NCBI GenBank assembly: GCA_964647255.1
Contig: CAZYGI010000005.1
Coordinates: 624 to 64,623, forward strand
DNA from: an uncultured Anaerolineales bacterium
Lineage (GTDB): Bacteria > Chloroflexota > Anaerolineae > CG2-30-64-16
DNA length: 64,000 nucleotides
Reading direction: 5' to 3'
In this document: in pieces, positions 62,541-64,000 of the stretch
How the letters are laid out: every line of letters starts with the position of its first letter
Position numbering within the stretch: position 1 is the stretch's first letter
Position numbers and translations under genes: made by a program
The notes under the pieces: model-generated
What the model saw: the letters and a program-made list of their open reading frames with translations, nothing else
The model's database searches: none
Told to the model about the DNA's origin: nothing

Positions 62541-64000
62541 TCACCGCCGCCGCGGAAAGACCATCGAAATCACCAGCGCCGCGCCCATCAGTGCGGAGAA
62601 GGCAAAGCCTGCGAGGCTGAGCCAGCGCGCGATGGGGCTGTTGGCCGTGTAGGGGAACAACCAGGCGGTGCCCACGATCAGCGCGGCGATCATCAGGCTG
62701 ACGGCCAGGCGGGTGGACAGGCGGTCCACCGTCCCCAGGATGTCGGCGGTGTCCTTCATGCGGATAGTGAAGAGGTCGCCGCGCTCGACCTTGCGCAGCA
62801 GGCCGCCGGCCGCGCGCGGCAGCGCATCCATCATCTCGGCCATTTCGGTCTGGCGGTGAAGAAGAGTCAAGCGCAGGGGGCGCTTCGGCAGGAAAGAGCG
62901 CCGGAGCAGCCGCCGGACAAGAGGGGCCGAGGCCGCGAAAATATCGAAATCGGGATCAAGCTGCGCCCCAACCCCCTCCAACATGCTCAACGTCTTCCCC
63001 AGCAGCCACAGGTTCGAGGGCAGCCGCAGCCGGTGGCGGAAGGCGATGGGCATGAGATCGGATACAAACTCCGCGGCCCGGACCTCCTTCAGGGTGACGC
63101 CGCGGTACTTGTCCAGCAGCGCGCCGACGTCGCGCGCCAACGCTTCGCGGTCCACATCCTCGTCCGCGGCGCCCATGCGCAACAACTGCTCGGCCAGATC
63201 GGGTGTAGACATCTCCATGGCCGCGATATAAAGCAGGGTCAGTTCCTGGCGCAGCTTCTCGTCCACCACGCCCATCATGCCGAAGTCCATCACCCCCAGC
63301 ACGTTGCCGGGCATCACCACGAAGTTGCCGGGGTGCGGATCGGCGTGGAAGAAGCCGTCCTCGAGCACCTCCTTGACGATGGTCTGCGCCGCATAGCGCG
63401 CGACATGCTTGCGATCAATCCCGGCCGCTTCCAGCGCGGGCAAATCGTCAATCTTGATGCCCCGGATGCGTTCCAGCACCAGCACTTGAGGCGTAGAATA
63501 CTCCCAGTAGACGCGCGGAAAATAGATCTCGGTCCACCCCTCGAAATTCTTGCGCAGGCGATCGGCGCTGCGGCCCTCGCGGCGATAATCCATCTCGCGC
63601 CGCAGCGTATCCGCGAACTCCCGCACGACGCCGGGTAAATCGTGTCGTTTGCCCAACGGCGTGACTTTGCTGCCTGCCGCCAGCTCAGCCATCATCGCCA
63701 GGTCGGTCTCGATGAGCTGGCGGATGCCCTGCCGCTGCACTTTGACAACCACCTCCGTGCCGTCGGCGAGGGTCGCCGCATGAACTTGCGCCAGCGAGGC
63801 CGCGGCCAGCGGCACGGAGTCAATGCTGGCGAAGACCTCTTCGGGCGGCTTGCCGTATTCGTTCGTCAGTACGGCGTGGATCTCCTCCCACGGCTGGGCG
63901 GGCACGCTGTCCTGCAAACGCGTCAGTTCAGCGATGTAGGCCGGCGGCAGGAGGTCGGGCCGCGTGCTCAACACCTGACCCAGCTTCACGAAGGTCGGCC
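62541..64000 (-). CDS. ABC1/UbiB family kinase-like protein, N-terminus off the window
   Basis: (GPTF)VKLGQVLSTRPDLLPPAYIAEL, VVKVQRQGI, HADPHPGN, two C-terminal TM helices. The reading frame stays open past 63989 to the window edge. Confidence 0.87.
   Translation of the reverse strand, partial: PTFVKLGQVLSTRPDLLPPAYIAELTRLQDSVPAQPWEEIHAVLTNEYGKPPEEVFASIDSVPLAAASLAQVHAATLADGTEVVVKVQRQGIRQLIETDLAMMAELAAGSKVTPLGKRHDLPGVVREFADTLRREMDYRREGRSADRLRKNFEGWTEIYFPRVYWEYSTPQVLVLERIRGIKIDDLPALEAAGIDRKHVARYAAQTIVKEVLEDGFFHADPHPGNFVVMPGNVLGVMDFGMMGVVDEKLRQELTLLYIAAMEMSTPDLAEQLLRMGAADEDVDREALARDVGALLDKYRGVTLKEVRAAEFVSDLMPIAFRHRLRLPSNLWLLGKTLSMLEGVGAQLDPDFDIFAASAPLVRRLLRRSFLPKRPLRLTLLHRQTEMAEMMDALPRAAGGLLRKVERGDLFTIRMKDTADILGTVDRLSTRLAVSLMIAALIVGTAWLFPYTANSPIARWLSLAGFAFSALMGAALVISMVFPRRR

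Noticed and set aside
62466-63638. 390-aa plus-strand ORF starting in the octamer array
   Set aside because: Its N-terminus is a translation of the AACGTG tandem repeat (KRANVQTCERTN...). The rest is antisense to the UbiB/ABC1 gene.

Overview
This is a densely coding bacterial window with high G+C (roughly mid-60s percent by eye). It has no rRNA, no CRISPR and one tRNA.

**Core content (about 5.7-29.9 kb).** A bacterial-type Wood-Ljungdahl (reductive acetyl-CoA) cluster:
- Ni-CODH (acsA/cooS), acetyl-CoA synthase (acsB) and corrinoid Fe-S protein (acsD, acsC)
- an NfnAB-like flavoprotein pair, the corrinoid reductive activator (acsV/RACo) and cooC
- methyltransferase acsE, folD and metV-metF
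- embedded accessory genes: GNAT, Zn-ADH, HEAT-repeat protein, malic enzyme and a CxxC-less thioredoxin-reductase-like flavoprotein

The cluster is split between acsB and acsD by a lower-GC insert carrying a DUF4265-like gene and a HigB/HigA-type toxin-antitoxin pair.

**Upstream.** dnaX (partial, missed by the ORF track), tatA and a PdtaS/PdtaR-like kinase/ANTAR pair.

**Downstream.**
- a 1208-aa secreted M4 peptidase
- housekeeping genes: ybaK-like, NUDIX, acyl-CoA dehydrogenase, queA, ruvB, dksA-like, upp, dCMP deaminase and a GH1 glucosidase
- tRNA-Lys(UUU), followed by a type I R-M locus (hsdR, a four-helix-bundle IVS-type gene, fused hsdM-hsdS)
- an IS200-like Y1 transposase, a CYP51-like P450 plus SDR, an Rrf2 regulator and pstSCAB
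- a transsulfuration PLP enzyme and a partial UbiB/ABC1 kinase

**Most noteworthy observations.**
1. A peroxiredoxin-glutaredoxin fusion ORF carries a single in-frame TGA exactly at the peroxidatic Cys codon, with a downstream hairpin. It is a candidate selenoprotein.
2. A perfect 31-33 nt palindrome occurs twice, both times in frame inside WL-cluster coding sequence.
3. Intergenic spacers across the window are built from 7-8 nt periodic word arrays arranged as inverted halves. One pair brackets the four-helix-bundle gene.
4. There is a GTAG-headed REP-like hairpin family, and a second GTCATCCTGAG / GCGAAGGATCTCG hairpin family.
5. A Cys-rich, His-substituted HMA-like ORF lies directly upstream of the CODH.

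Taxonomy cannot be proven from this window. The style is compatible with a Chloroflexota-like lineage, but that is inference only.
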